DNA of 64,000 nucleotides from Candidatus Latescibacterota bacterium (lineage in GTDB: Bacteria; Latescibacterota; UBA2968): NCBI GenBank assembly GCA_965205975.1, contig OZ242195.1, positions 1,472,001 to 1,536,000 on the forward strand, written 5' to 3'. This document shows, piece by piece, positions 1 through 10,138 of the stretch. A model generated the notes under the pieces. That model worked only from the letters and a program-made list of their open reading frames with translations, was not told where the DNA came from and made no database searches. The position numbers and the translations under genes are program-made. The first letter of the stretch is position 1. Each line of letters starts with the position of its first letter.

Positions 1-1
1 A

Positions 2-697
2 GAGCAGGAAACCCTGTTTAGCCGACAACTTTCAACGGAAATGGCCGTTGAAAGTGCGCGTAGAGCCTGGGCCGATGCAGAAGCCAATTATCAGGATGCC
101 CTCATCAAGATCGATAAAACTAAGCTATTAGCCCCCATTCAGGGCGTGCTGTCGGAACTTGCGGATATTACGCAGGGAACGCTGGTGACGCCAAATACCG
201 CAATCGCAAAAATTATGGATTATTCACAGGTATTTGTCGATCTGAAAATTCCCAATGCCCAGATTATTAATGTGAAATTGGGCCAGGGTATCCGCGTGAG
301 TAATTACGCTTTGCCCGAAGAAGTTTTTGAAGGTGAGATTGTCGAGATGGATCCGGCTATCGATCCGGTCACGCGTACAGTTCAGGTCGTCGGTATGGTA
401 GATAATCCCGACTTGCTTTTGCGGGCAGGCATGTTTGTCAAAACAGAAATAGTCACGGAATCGAGGCAAAATGTCGTACTTATTGCGCGCAATCTCGTTT
501 TGCGGCGGAGAAATCAGAAGGTCGTTTTTGTCGAAGAAGAAGGACGCGCACAACAACGCGAAGTCGAAACCGGACTGGAAGACCGCGATCGCGTGGAAAT
601 TGTGGTTGGACTTGAACCGGGAGACCAATTGATCACGAGCAATTACGAAACACTGAGGACGCGCACCCGGGTACGGGTCACGGGAGATAGCCGATGA
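2..697 (+). CDS. Efflux RND transporter periplasmic adaptor (membrane fusion protein), 5'-truncated by the window edge
   Basis: Frame open from position 2. MFP motifs LLAPIQGVL, DPAIDPVTRT, LLRAGMFV, VETGL..VEIVVGLEPGDQLI. Stop overlaps the ATG of the RND permease. Confidence 0.93.
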   Translation, partial: EQETLFSRQLSTEMAVESARRAWADAEANYQDALIKIDKTKLLAPIQGVLSELADITQGTLVTPNTAIAKIMDYSQVFVDLKIPNAQIINVKLGQGIRVSNYALPEEVFEGEIVEMDPAIDPVTRTVQVVGMVDNPDLLLRAGMFVKTEIVTESRQNVVLIARNLVLRRRNQKVVFVEEEGRAQQREVETGLEDRDRVEIVVGLEPGDQLITSNYETLRTRTRVRVTGDSR

Positions 698-3600
698 ATT
701 TGCCTGAATTTTCAACGCGATATCCCGTGACAATTGCCATGGCGACCCTTGCAGTGGTGTTGCTCGGCTGGATATCGCTGGACGGTTTGGGCACTGATCT
801 CTTGCCCGATTTGCAAACACCTGTCGTCACCATCGACCTGACGGCACCGGGCAAATCGCCTGTCGAGATCGAAGAAAGCTATACGCGCCGTCTCGAGCGC
901 GACGTGAGCACGATTAACGGCGTCAAGCGCGTATATTCGATTACCCGCTCTGGGCAAGCCGTGGTCATTGCGGAATTTGCCTGGGATGCGGACATGGATT
1001 ACGGGTTACTCGACGTGCAAAAAAGAGTGGGGCGCTATGCGGTCAATGAAGATGTGTCACAGTTGGATGTGACGCGAGAAGACCCGCTCGCGCTTGCGGT
1101 GATGCGAATAGCGATTACAGCAGACGAAAATACGGAACTCGACGCACTGATGGGCACGGTGGAATTACTGATCAAACCCAAATTAGAGGCCCTCGATGGC
1201 GTGGCGTCTGCCGAGGTGGAAGGGGGGGCGGAAAAGGAAGTGCGCGTTACACTCGATCCCTATTTGCTCGAAGCGTTTGGGCTTTCATCCGATGCGGTCA
1301 TCAATCGCATCGCACAGGCAAATGCCGATGTATCCGGAGGTACGCTCAGAGAAAACCAGCAATCGTATCTGGTCAAAGCCCTCGGTCGCTTAAATGACAT
1401 AAACGATGTGCGGGAAGTCATTGTGGGAGAAAGGCGCGGGGGTGGGGGTGTGGCTTCTGGAGACCGCGTGCCGGTGCGCGTGCGCAACGTGGGCACGGTT
1501 GACCTGGAATATCAAGAGCGAGAAACCATTGTGCGCCTCGATGGACGGGAATGCGTTGGCCTCGCCATTTACAAAGAAGCCGGTAGCAATACAGTCGCCG
1601 TGGTCAATACGGTATTGGATGCGATAGACGATATCGAAGCAGATCTGAGCGGCATGCACTTCACAACCGTCGAAAATCAGGCGCGATTTGTCGAAGACGC
1701 CATAGGCGAAGTCGAAACATCTGCCATCCACGGAGCATTTTTGGCGATTCTCGTGCTTTTGATCGCGTTGCGGAGTTGGACAGTGACGCTGGTGATAGGG
1801 TTGGCGATTCCCATTTCCGTATTGGCGACATTTACGCTTATGTATTTTGAGGGGCTGTCCCTGAATATTATGACGCTGGGCGGGTTGGCTCTGGGCGCAG
1901 GCATGCTCGTTGACAATGCCATTGTGGTCATTGAGAATATTTATCGGCATCTCGAAAGTGGCGAGGATGCGCGCACAGCATCGAGCCGCGGCGCATCTGA
2001 AGTCGGCGTGGCAATTCTGGCTTCAACGCTGACGACAGTGGCTGTTTTTTTGCCCATTGTCTATTTGCAGGGGCTGGCGGGCAAACTCTTTGTGGATCAG
2101 GCGTGGACTGTTGCATTTTCGCTGCTGTCATCGCTGGTTGTGGCAATGACGACGATTCCGATGCTGACGTCGCGCATTTTCCGGCGGCTGAATACCACGC
2201 GTCACACGACTATCCGGTCGGACAAATACTACCGGTTTCTCAATGGTATATTGAATCGCAAACCCATCCTGCTCGTCGTCGTACTGCTCATTCTGGGTGG
2301 AACCGGGTATATCGCCCGCGAGTTGCAGACGGAATTTATCCCGCGCGAAGATCAGGGGCTATTCCAAATTGATCTCACATTGTCCGAAGGTTCGCGTGTG
2401 GAACTGAGCGATCAGGTCGCTCTGCACGTCAAAGAGACTGTCGAAAGCGTTGGCGGAAGCGATGTAGCGCATGTGTACGCGCTGACCGGTCTCAACCCCG
2501 CTCAGATATCGAGTGGAGGCGATCCAACGGGACCCAATCGCGCGACCCTATCGGTGGCTTTGCACACACAGCGATCGCGCAGCGTCAGCGAGTTGGTGCG
2601 CGATCTGGATCCCATTTTGAGTGCCATGCCCGATATCGAAGTGAAATACAAGTTGCACGAAACCGCGCTCGAAGGCGTGATGGGCGGACAAGAAGCACCC
2701 ATTCAGGTCGAAGTGTCCGGGGAAAATCTCGATATTTTGGCACGCATCACAAAAGAGCTTCAGACGAGGATAGAGGGTCTTCCCTCGGTGTACAATGTGC
2801 GCACGAGTTTTCAGGGCGGACAGCCAGAAGTCGATCTGGCAATTCGCGATGAAGTGGCATCGGCTTTTGGGCTGACCACGCAAACCATCAGCCGCACACT
2901 GGAAAGACAACTGTCCGGTGAAGTTGCTGGCGAACTGTCTAAAGACCAGCGCACGCGGGATATCCGGGTAAAATATCGAGATATTGATCTGCGCGAACTC
3001 CACACCATGCAAATCGAAGGAGCAGATGGCGCGATCCTGACATTGGGGGATATTGCCGAGCTCAATATTATTGAAGGCCCCCGCGAAATTTTGAGAGAAG
3101 ATCAGCGTCGCGTGGGGCGCATTACGGGATATCTCACAGAAGGACGCATTCTAAGTGAAGCCGTTGCCGACGTACGCGCTACCATGCGGGAAGTGGTTGT
3201 GCCGTCGGGGTATCGCATTGAAATTGGCGGAGAAGAGCGTGAGCGAGCGGCATCATTTGAAAGTCTCAAATTTGCACTCCTGCTTTCGATTGTGCTGGTC
3301 TATATGGTGATGGCATCGCTGTTTGAATCCACGCTCCATCCGTTCACCGTCATGTTTTCCGTTCCACTGGCCGGCGTCGGCGTGATATTTGGATTCTATT
3401 TTTTGGGCGAACCGCTCAGTGTGATGGCCTATATCGGCATCATTATGCTGGGCGGTATTGCGGTCAACGATGCGATCATTCTCGTGGATCGCATCAACCA
3501 GCTCAGGCAAGCCGGCCTGACGTTGCGAGAAGCGATTCTACAGGGCGGTCAAGACCGCTTGCGCCCCATTATGATGACGAGTGCGACGACTATTCTCGCC

Positions 3601-3759
3601 CTGCTGCCCATGGCAATCGGCTTTGGCGAGGGGGCAAAATTGCGCGCGCCTATGGCTATTGCCGTCATTGCCGGCCTGGTGACATCGACATTGATGACCT
3701 TACTCGTGATACCCACCATGTATGAACTAATTGATCGCCTCCGGGGGAAATCCGCGTGA
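694..3759 (+). CDS. RND efflux permease (AcrB/AcrD/AcrF family), 1021 aa
   Basis: RND topology. TM4 GMLVDNAIVVIEN, TM10 GIAVNDAIILVD, RLRPIMMT motif. Confidence 0.95.
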   Translation: MNLPEFSTRYPVTIAMATLAVVLLGWISLDGLGTDLLPDLQTPVVTIDLTAPGKSPVEIEESYTRRLERDVSTINGVKRVYSITRSGQAVVIAEFAWDADMDYGLLDVQKRVGRYAVNEDVSQLDVTREDPLALAVMRIAITADENTELDALMGTVELLIKPKLEALDGVASAEVEGGAEKEVRVTLDPYLLEAFGLSSDAVINRIAQANADVSGGTLRENQQSYLVKALGRLNDINDVREVIVGERRGGGGVASGDRVPVRVRNVGTVDLEYQERETIVRLDGRECVGLAIYKEAGSNTVAVVNTVLDAIDDIEADLSGMHFTTVENQARFVEDAIGEVETSAIHGAFLAILVLLIALRSWTVTLVIGLAIPISVLATFTLMYFEGLSLNIMTLGGLALGAGMLVDNAIVVIENIYRHLESGEDARTASSRGASEVGVAILASTLTTVAVFLPIVYLQGLAGKLFVDQAWTVAFSLLSSLVVAMTTIPMLTSRIFRRLNTTRHTTIRSDKYYRFLNGILNRKPILLVVVLLILGGTGYIARELQTEFIPREDQGLFQIDLTLSEGSRVELSDQVALHVKETVESVGGSDVAHVYALTGLNPAQISSGGDPTGPNRATLSVALHTQRSRSVSELVRDLDPILSAMPDIEVKYKLHETALEGVMGGQEAPIQVEVSGENLDILARITKELQTRIEGLPSVYNVRTSFQGGQPEVDLAIRDEVASAFGLTTQTISRTLERQLSGEVAGELSKDQRTRDIRVKYRDIDLRELHTMQIEGADGAILTLGDIAELNIIEGPREILREDQRRVGRITGYLTEGRILSEAVADVRATMREVVVPSGYRIEIGGEERERAASFESLKFALLLSIVLVYMVMASLFESTLHPFTVMFSVPLAGVGVIFGFYFLGEPLSVMAYIGIIMLGGIAVNDAIILVDRINQLRQAGLTLREAILQGGQDRLRPIMMTSATTILALLPMAIGFGEGAKLRAPMAIAVIAGLVTSTLMTLLVIPTMYELIDRLRGKSA

Positions 3760-6700
3760 CACTTGCTGGTATTGCCGTTCTGCGGCCCGTGACTACGGCC
3801 ATGTTTTTTATAGGTCTGGCTATTTTAGGCGTGATTTCACTGGATCGGTTGCCCGTTCAGATATTTCCCGAACTCGTCCGCCCAGAAGTCTTTGTCGCAG
3901 TCACTCAACAGGGCTACTCGCCCGAACAGGTCGAACGGGATCTGGTAATGCCCGTCGAGAGAGAGGTGGGCAAGCTCGAAGGTATTGAAGCGTATGAGTC
4001 ATTTTCGCGCCAGAACAGTGGCGGGGTACGCATTTCCTACGCGCCCAATACGGATATGAAATTCGCGCTGCTGCAACTCGAGAGCCGCATCACGCGCCTG
4101 CAATCGCTTTTGCCGGAAAGAACGCGGGTCAATGTACAGCGCTTTGATGCCTCTGATCTGAGTGCCTCGATTATGCAAATCCACGTGTTGGGCGAAGGCG
4201 ATATAAACTGGTTGCGCGAATTTGCCGAGGAGAAAATCAGGCCGGAATTGGAAGCGGTCGATGGCGTTGTAAACGCGCAGGTCCTGGGCGGGCAAAGGAC
4301 GGCCATTGAAATTATTGTCGATCCATTGATGCTGCAAGCGCACCAGCTTTCGATGTCTGATGTTCGCAATCGCATCAATGCTTTTAATACGCGGCGGCAA
4401 TATCTCGGCAAAGTATATGATGGGGACCAGGCTTATGCGGTTAGCATTCAGGGCCAATTTACGGACCTCGTGCAAATCCGCAGAGTCGTTATCAAACCGG
4501 AATTGCCCCTGCACCTGGGCGACATTGCCAAAATTCGCTATGGCCTTCAGGAGCGTACAGACCTGCAACGCATCAATGGCAAAGCCGCCGTTGGCATTCG
4601 CATTCAAAAAGACGATGAAGCCAATCTGATCGAACTTGCGGGAGAACTTGAACACACCATCGAGCGAATAAATGGCGATCTCGCATACGAAAATATCCAG
4701 CTCGTGATCAGCCAGAATCAGGCAGAGATTATGAACGAAGCCCTCAATTTCCTCAAACGGGCCGCTGTTGTTGGGGGATTGCTCGGGCTTTTTGTTTTGT
4801 TCTTGTTTTTGAGAAATCTGCGCTTTGTCGCTGTTTTGCTCCTCGCCATTCCGTGTTCTTTGCTGCTCACATTTAATCTGATGTATATGTGGGATCTCAG
4901 TTTGAACGTGCTCTCGATGTGCGGCCTCGCGCTTGCAGTTGGTATGTTGATGGACAACGGCATCGTGGTCATGGAAAATATCTTCAAGCATTTTGAACAG
5001 GGCAAATCTCCCAAAGAAGCCGCAAAAGCAGGAACTGATGAGGTCGCACGCGCCGTTGTTGCGGCAACCGCGACAACCATTACAGTCTTTTTGCCTGTTG
5101 TTTTTATCCAAAGCGACTTTCAGGATGTCCTGCGAGAATTCGCACTGTCCATCGCCTTTCCTCTGCTTGCCTCTCTTCTCGTAGCCCTCACACTCGTGCC
5201 TGCTCTGGCATCCAAAACCCTTTCTCTCGCATCTCGACCACCGACGGGAACAGGCTTGTTGATCGAGATGTACACGGTGTGCCTCAAAGCGGGCTTGCGC
5301 CACAGAATCAGCGTATCGCTGGGTATTATCGGCGCGCTTGTCATCACGCTAATCATTTCTTTTTTCTTTATGCTACAACAGGATATCCGTCGCGAAGAAA
5401 ATCGTTTTACAGTATATATCAGCATGCCCGAAGGCACGACTATCGAAGCCCTCGATGCTGTTGTTGGCGAAATTGAAAGTGCTGTGCGAGATCTCAAAGG
5501 TGTGGATCGCTTTACGACCAGTATCAGCGAAACCCAGGCGAGTATCAATGTGGAGCTTTTGTCCTTATCCGAACGCCCCGACCAGATTTCTGTCGATCTC
5601 ATCAAAGAGAATCTCGAAGAGTCGTTCGGTGATGTCCAAAATGCGATTGTGAGTTATGAGGCCATCGCACGCACAGGCAGGGGAGGTGGTGGGGGCCGAG
5701 GGGGAGGCGGGGGAGGCGGTATTCGGGGCACCCGTCAGGCTACTGGCGGATTCAATCTGGAAGGGGGCGCACCTTCGGAAATGGCTGTTATTCGCGGCTA
5801 TGATTTTACGGTGCTTCAAATGCTTGCCGACGATCTGGTCTATCGCCTCGAAGAATTGGAGGAAATCGATCCCAATAGCGTAAGAGCCGATGCAGAACGA
5901 GGCGCATCTGAAGTGCATGTTTTGCCCGATGAAGAAGTAATGTTTGATCGGCGATTGCAGGTGCGCCAGGTGCTCAATGCCGTATCCGACGCCAATCCGC
6001 GCGGTGCGCGATCCAATATTTCATTTCTCACACCCGAAGGCACTGAAATCCCGATTGATGTCCGCAATGTCGAAGACCCCGAAGAAGAGGGAGAAGGGAT
6101 TGCGGGTTTGAGACAAACGCCGATACTGGGTTCAGGGGGGACGTACATTCCCCTTGTAGAGGTCTCGCATGTGCGCCGGGATCAGGGCAGGAGCATGATT
6201 TTGCGCACCAATCAATCGCGGCGCGTAATTGTATCCTATAATTTCGCCGAAGAAATTTTGCAATCTCAGCCTCTGCTGGAAGCCTCGCGCGCTTATGTGC
6301 AAGATGTGGTTTCCGAAATGGTGCTGCCCGAAGGGTATAGCATCGAAATGATCGAGGCAGAGGAAGAGACGATTTATTACTGGATGATGGGCATTGCCGC
6401 GTTGTTGATTTTTATGATTTTGGCCTCTTTGTTTGAATCGCTTTCTGCGCCTTTGATTATTCTGTGTACGTTGCCCGCAGCAATTATTGGATCGTGCTTG
6501 GCACTGATCTTATCAGGTACGGGATTGACCTCGCAAGAAGCGCCAATGGCACTGTTGGGGCTTATTGTTTTGAGCGGCATTGCCGTCAACAATGGGATCG
6601 TGCTAATCGATGCGATTGAAACCCTTCGCCGCCGCGGGTTCAGGCGAGAACGCGCGGTACTCACGGCGAGCCGGTCGCGCGTGCGTCCTGTTTTAATGAC

Positions 6701-8480
6701 TTCAGCAACCACCATTTTGGGCATGTTGCCTCTGGCACTCATATTTGGCGGCGATTACGAAATTTGGCCGCCCTTTGCGATTGTGGTAATCGGAGGGCTG
6801 GCGGTTTCAACGGTTTCCACCCTCGTGTTTATTCCCGTGGTGTACATGGGAATTGATCAGACTAAAGCCTGGCTGACGGATATTGGGTGGTTCGGGATCG
6901 TATTGGGAACAACGGCAGCTGCGGGATTGACGTATTGGGTTGACGATTATTACCAGAGTTTGTTCTGGACCTGTCTTTTGGCATTGCCAGCGTGGATGTT
7001 GTGTATGGGTGTGATCTGGGTTGTGCAACGCATTTATCGCGCGCGTATGGCTTCTCTTGCTGAGATCGGCAATATTGAACATCTCGAAATTCGCAATCTG
7101 ACCAAAATTTACGGCGCGCCGGGACGATTTAAGCACGAATGGGATCGCTTTAAGCGGCGTCATCAGCGCCTTTTAGAGCGCGGGCAGGTATTGGTAGATA
7201 AAAAGGCGATTAAGGACAGTTTGTGGTGGAAGTTACCACTTTTGGCACTTATGACCTATTTGGAAACCTATTTTGAACAGGGAACCTGGATCTTTTTGAC
7301 CGCGCTTGCTATGTGGGGCCTTGTACATCACCTCGTGCTATGTGCAGCTGCTTTGCGCGATTTTCGGATCGAGAATAGATGGATATCACAAATCGCCCGA
7401 TTGATTTTGCCGCTGGTCTTTGTGGCCTTTGTGCATTGGCGTTTGGAACTTATATCTTTGACTATAGCCACCAGTGCGATCTATTTGCTCTATCGCATTG
7501 TCGGATTTTTGGCAAATCGCGTTGCACAAGGACGCATTGATCCCGAGCATATACCGGGCAAATTAGGCCCTGTTAAAGGCATCGTGTACCGCGGAGCTGC
7601 CGCCATTCCCTTGATTGGGGTTCCCCGCCCACAATTCCAGGCTCTCGGAGGTGTAAGTCTCGATATTCCGCGCGGCATGTTTGGACTTCTGGGTCCCAAT
7701 GGCGCGGGCAAAACCACGCTGATGCGAATTGTGTGTCGGGTTCTGTCGTCAAATTACGGATCTGTGCTCGCCAATGGCAAAATACCGCTTACGCATCGGA
7801 ATATGCAGGGGGTGATTGGATATTTGCCGCAGCATTTTGGCCTTTATCTGCACATGTCTGCGTATAATTATCTGGAATACCGCGCGCTTTTGGAAGGATT
7901 TAAGGATGGGATGGCTCGGCGCAAGCGCGTTCAAGAATGCCTGGAACAGGTCAATCTGTGGGATAGGCGCGACGATCCGATTGGTTCGTTCTCTGGCGGC
8001 ATGAAACAGCGCGTGGGCATTGCACAAACCCTGTTGCACTTGCCGCAGATTATCGTAGTGGATGAACCGACAGCGGGATTGGACCCACTCGAGCGGATCC
8101 GGTTCAGAAATCTGCTGGCGCGATTTAGCCAGGAAAAAATCATTATTTTTTCCACACATATTGTCGAAGATATTGCGGGCAGTTGTAACCGATTGGCTGT
8201 GCTGAATCACGGTAAGGTGCTCTACACGGGAACCCCGATTGAAATGCGCGATTTGGCACGCGATAAGGTGTGGGAGGCTCTGCTGCCAGATCCGCGTTTT
8301 GAAGCGCTGGAACGCGACCTGGATATGATTACACATGTGCGCGTACCCGACGGGATTCGGGTGCGATTCCTCGCTACTGATCCCATCCCAGAAGCACATC
8401 CAGTTGCGCCCACCCTCGAAGATGCATACCTCTATCTTTTGCGACATGGCGATGAATACAAACAGGCTAACATGGCGTGA
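3756..8480 (+). CDS. RND efflux permease fused to a C-terminal ABC ATPase domain, 1574 aa
   Basis: About 1030 N-terminal aa are RND (GMLMDNGIVVMEN, GIAVNNGIVLID, RVRPVLMT). C-terminal Walker A GPNGAGKT (7692-7715), Q-loop YLPQ, signature FSGGMKQR, Walker B IIVVDEP, H-loop STH. One uninterrupted ORF. Confidence 0.92.
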   Translation: MTLAGIAVLRPVTTAMFFIGLAILGVISLDRLPVQIFPELVRPEVFVAVTQQGYSPEQVERDLVMPVEREVGKLEGIEAYESFSRQNSGGVRISYAPNTDMKFALLQLESRITRLQSLLPERTRVNVQRFDASDLSASIMQIHVLGEGDINWLREFAEEKIRPELEAVDGVVNAQVLGGQRTAIEIIVDPLMLQAHQLSMSDVRNRINAFNTRRQYLGKVYDGDQAYAVSIQGQFTDLVQIRRVVIKPELPLHLGDIAKIRYGLQERTDLQRINGKAAVGIRIQKDDEANLIELAGELEHTIERINGDLAYENIQLVISQNQAEIMNEALNFLKRAAVVGGLLGLFVLFLFLRNLRFVAVLLLAIPCSLLLTFNLMYMWDLSLNVLSMCGLALAVGMLMDNGIVVMENIFKHFEQGKSPKEAAKAGTDEVARAVVAATATTITVFLPVVFIQSDFQDVLREFALSIAFPLLASLLVALTLVPALASKTLSLASRPPTGTGLLIEMYTVCLKAGLRHRISVSLGIIGALVITLIISFFFMLQQDIRREENRFTVYISMPEGTTIEALDAVVGEIESAVRDLKGVDRFTTSISETQASINVELLSLSERPDQISVDLIKENLEESFGDVQNAIVSYEAIARTGRGGGGGRGGGGGGGIRGTRQATGGFNLEGGAPSEMAVIRGYDFTVLQMLADDLVYRLEELEEIDPNSVRADAERGASEVHVLPDEEVMFDRRLQVRQVLNAVSDANPRGARSNISFLTPEGTEIPIDVRNVEDPEEEGEGIAGLRQTPILGSGGTYIPLVEVSHVRRDQGRSMILRTNQSRRVIVSYNFAEEILQSQPLLEASRAYVQDVVSEMVLPEGYSIEMIEAEEETIYYWMMGIAALLIFMILASLFESLSAPLIILCTLPAAIIGSCLALILSGTGLTSQEAPMALLGLIVLSGIAVNNGIVLIDAIETLRRRGFRRERAVLTASRSRVRPVLMTSATTILGMLPLALIFGGDYEIWPPFAIVVIGGLAVSTVSTLVFIPVVYMGIDQTKAWLTDIGWFGIVLGTTAAAGLTYWVDDYYQSLFWTCLLALPAWMLCMGVIWVVQRIYRARMASLAEIGNIEHLEIRNLTKIYGAPGRFKHEWDRFKRRHQRLLERGQVLVDKKAIKDSLWWKLPLLALMTYLETYFEQGTWIFLTALAMWGLVHHLVLCAAALRDFRIENRWISQIARLILPLVFVAFVHWRLELISLTIATSAIYLLYRIVGFLANRVAQGRIDPEHIPGKLGPVKGIVYRGAAAIPLIGVPRPQFQALGGVSLDIPRGMFGLLGPNGAGKTTLMRIVCRVLSSNYGSVLANGKIPLTHRNMQGVIGYLPQHFGLYLHMSAYNYLEYRALLEGFKDGMARRKRVQECLEQVNLWDRRDDPIGSFSGGMKQRVGIAQTLLHLPQIIVVDEPTAGLDPLERIRFRNLLARFSQEKIIIFSTHIVEDIAGSCNRLAVLNHGKVLYTGTPIEMRDLARDKVWEALLPDPRFEALERDLDMITHVRVPDGIRVRFLATDPIPEAHPVAPTLEDAYLYLLRHGDEYKQANMA

Positions 8481-9180
8481 GTTGCTTTTCTTTGTCGGAA
8501 AAATGCACAGCCTGAGCATGAAAATCGTGTTTCACCGCAAAATGATTTTTATGTTTGGCGGGATTGTGGCATATTACGCAATTTTGTACGCGATTGCAAT
8601 CTGGCGTCCAGGTGAAGGACTTTCAGTTGAACAAGCCCTCCATGTATTGGTTGAAGTACCGGGCACAGTGCTTGCAGTCTATCTGACGATGGATCTGGTG
8701 TCGGGGGAGAGAGATAAGGATACGCTCGAAATTCTGTTTAGCACGGCGATCAGTCACTACGCGACGTGGGCCGTGAGAATTGTGTCGATCAGCGCTGCGC
8801 TATTTGTCACGCTGATGGCAATGAGCACGATTTCCTACTATTTTTTTGCGGAATTCCCCTACCTTCTGGGGGGATTGAATGCATGTATCCCTGCCTTTTT
8901 TATGGTGGGAGCCACATTTTTGTTTTCTGTCTTGTGTCGCAGTGGCAATGCGGCAGGTATGCTCGCCGTTGGGCTTTTGATTGCGATTTTGCTTTCGACG
9001 GAGGTGTTTGAGGATACATCGTATTACCTTTTTCTCAAGCCATTTGACCCGCCTTCAGATTTAGATACCAGCCTGTGGGTAAATCGCGTGGTCTTAAACC
9101 GCGCGGGTATTGCCATTCTCGGTATATTGTTCATTTTTCTGGCTCTGAGGCGAATGATAGAACGCGAAAAGCTATTGTGA
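8446..9180 (+). CDS. ABC-2-type membrane permease
   Basis: About 6 hydrophobic segments and the ABC-2 motif SGERDKDTLEILFST. Overlaps the 3' end of the ATPase-fused gene. Start at ATG 8446 or 8452. Confidence 0.8.
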   Translation: MAMNTNRLTWRELLFFVGKMHSLSMKIVFHRKMIFMFGGIVAYYAILYAIAIWRPGEGLSVEQALHVLVEVPGTVLAVYLTMDLVSGERDKDTLEILFSTAISHYATWAVRIVSISAALFVTLMAMSTISYYFFAEFPYLLGGLNACIPAFFMVGATFLFSVLCRSGNAAGMLAVGLLIAILLSTEVFEDTSYYLFLKPFDPPSDLDTSLWVNRVVLNRAGIAILGILFIFLALRRMIEREKLL

Positions 9181-9208
9181 TGGCGTGCTGTTGCAAAATC
9201 CGAGAGCT

Positions 9209-9262
9209 AAAACCCCTGTGAATGAGTACAACTGGCAGTTTGCTATTCATAGGGATTTTTTT
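9209..9262 (+). terminator. Probable intrinsic terminator of the export operon
   Basis: Imperfect stem ccctgtgaat...attcataggg followed by a T run. Confidence 0.6.
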
Positions 9263-9355
9263 ATTTTCTTTATCTTGCCCAAATTGCGCGATTTATATAC
9301 CTTTGCTACTTTAGCATCTTAATATCTCATCACAGGGTAGGGGAGGAGAACATTT

Positions 9356-10018
9356 ATGCAGCCACCGCAACCGCAACAAGAAGATATACTGGTCTGGTTC
9401 CTCAAGGTTTGGGGTCAGATTGAAGCAAATTATATCAGAATCCTCACGGGATTTGGTATTGCCATTGTCGCTGCGTTGATAGTCCTGTTTTTTTATCGCA
9501 CACAAACACAACACGCAGAGGCGGCTCGCACAGCTCTCGGAGACGTTTATATCGCACTTTATGAAGGGCGCGTAGAAGATGCGCTTGCTGCATCGCAGGA
9601 AGTAATAGAAACCTACGCAGGCAAAGCCGAAGCGGGCGAAGCATTGATGGCACTGGCCAATTTGCACTATGAAGAAGGACGCATCGCAGAGGCCCAGACA
9701 TATTTTCAACAATACCTGGATGAATATCCAACAGATGGGCCATTGGGTTATGGTGCATGGTCGGGGTTGGCGTCCTGTTTTGAAAATGAAGAAAAATTTG
9801 CCGAAGCTGGTCAGCAGTTCGCATCCTTCGCAGAAGCACATCCCGGATCGCCATTTGCGCCGATAGCCCTGAAGGAAGCCGGCAGATGTTACGAACTCGG
9901 CAAAATGCCTCAGCAGGCGAGTGATGCGTATCAAAAGATCGTCAAAGAATACCATGAGTCGTCCGTCACAAGATTTGCACGCGGTCAATTGAACATGATG
10001 GGTATCGAGATAGATTAG
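9356..10018 (+). CDS. Membrane-anchored tetratricopeptide repeat protein (YfgM/CpoB-like)
   Basis: One N-terminal TM helix followed by TPR helices (ALMALANLHYEEG, YQKIVKEYHES). SD GGAGGA upstream. Confidence 0.8.
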   Translation: MQPPQPQQEDILVWFLKVWGQIEANYIRILTGFGIAIVAALIVLFFYRTQTQHAEAARTALGDVYIALYEGRVEDALAASQEVIETYAGKAEAGEALMALANLHYEEGRIAEAQTYFQQYLDEYPTDGPLGYGAWSGLASCFENEEKFAEAGQQFASFAEAHPGSPFAPIALKEAGRCYELGKMPQQASDAYQKIVKEYHESSVTRFARGQLNMMGIEID

Positions 10019-10138
10019 ACACCTGTGGGATGGTGCATGAAAATAAATCATTGCGCCAATAATGCGAATCGGGTAGATTTCGTTTAGTAGTCGCGGGTTC
10101 GATCCCGTTACATCTCTAAGCCGTTGTAAGGACACTTC

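Noticed and set aside
3999..5303. 434-aa antisense ORF and other long shadow ORFs (for example 24185-25102, 40581-41504, 9311-10162)
   Set aside because: They lie opposite well-supported genes and show no recognisable motifs.
10060..10125. Intact tRNA gene
   Set aside because: Only a defective T-arm-like piece; no cloverleaf.
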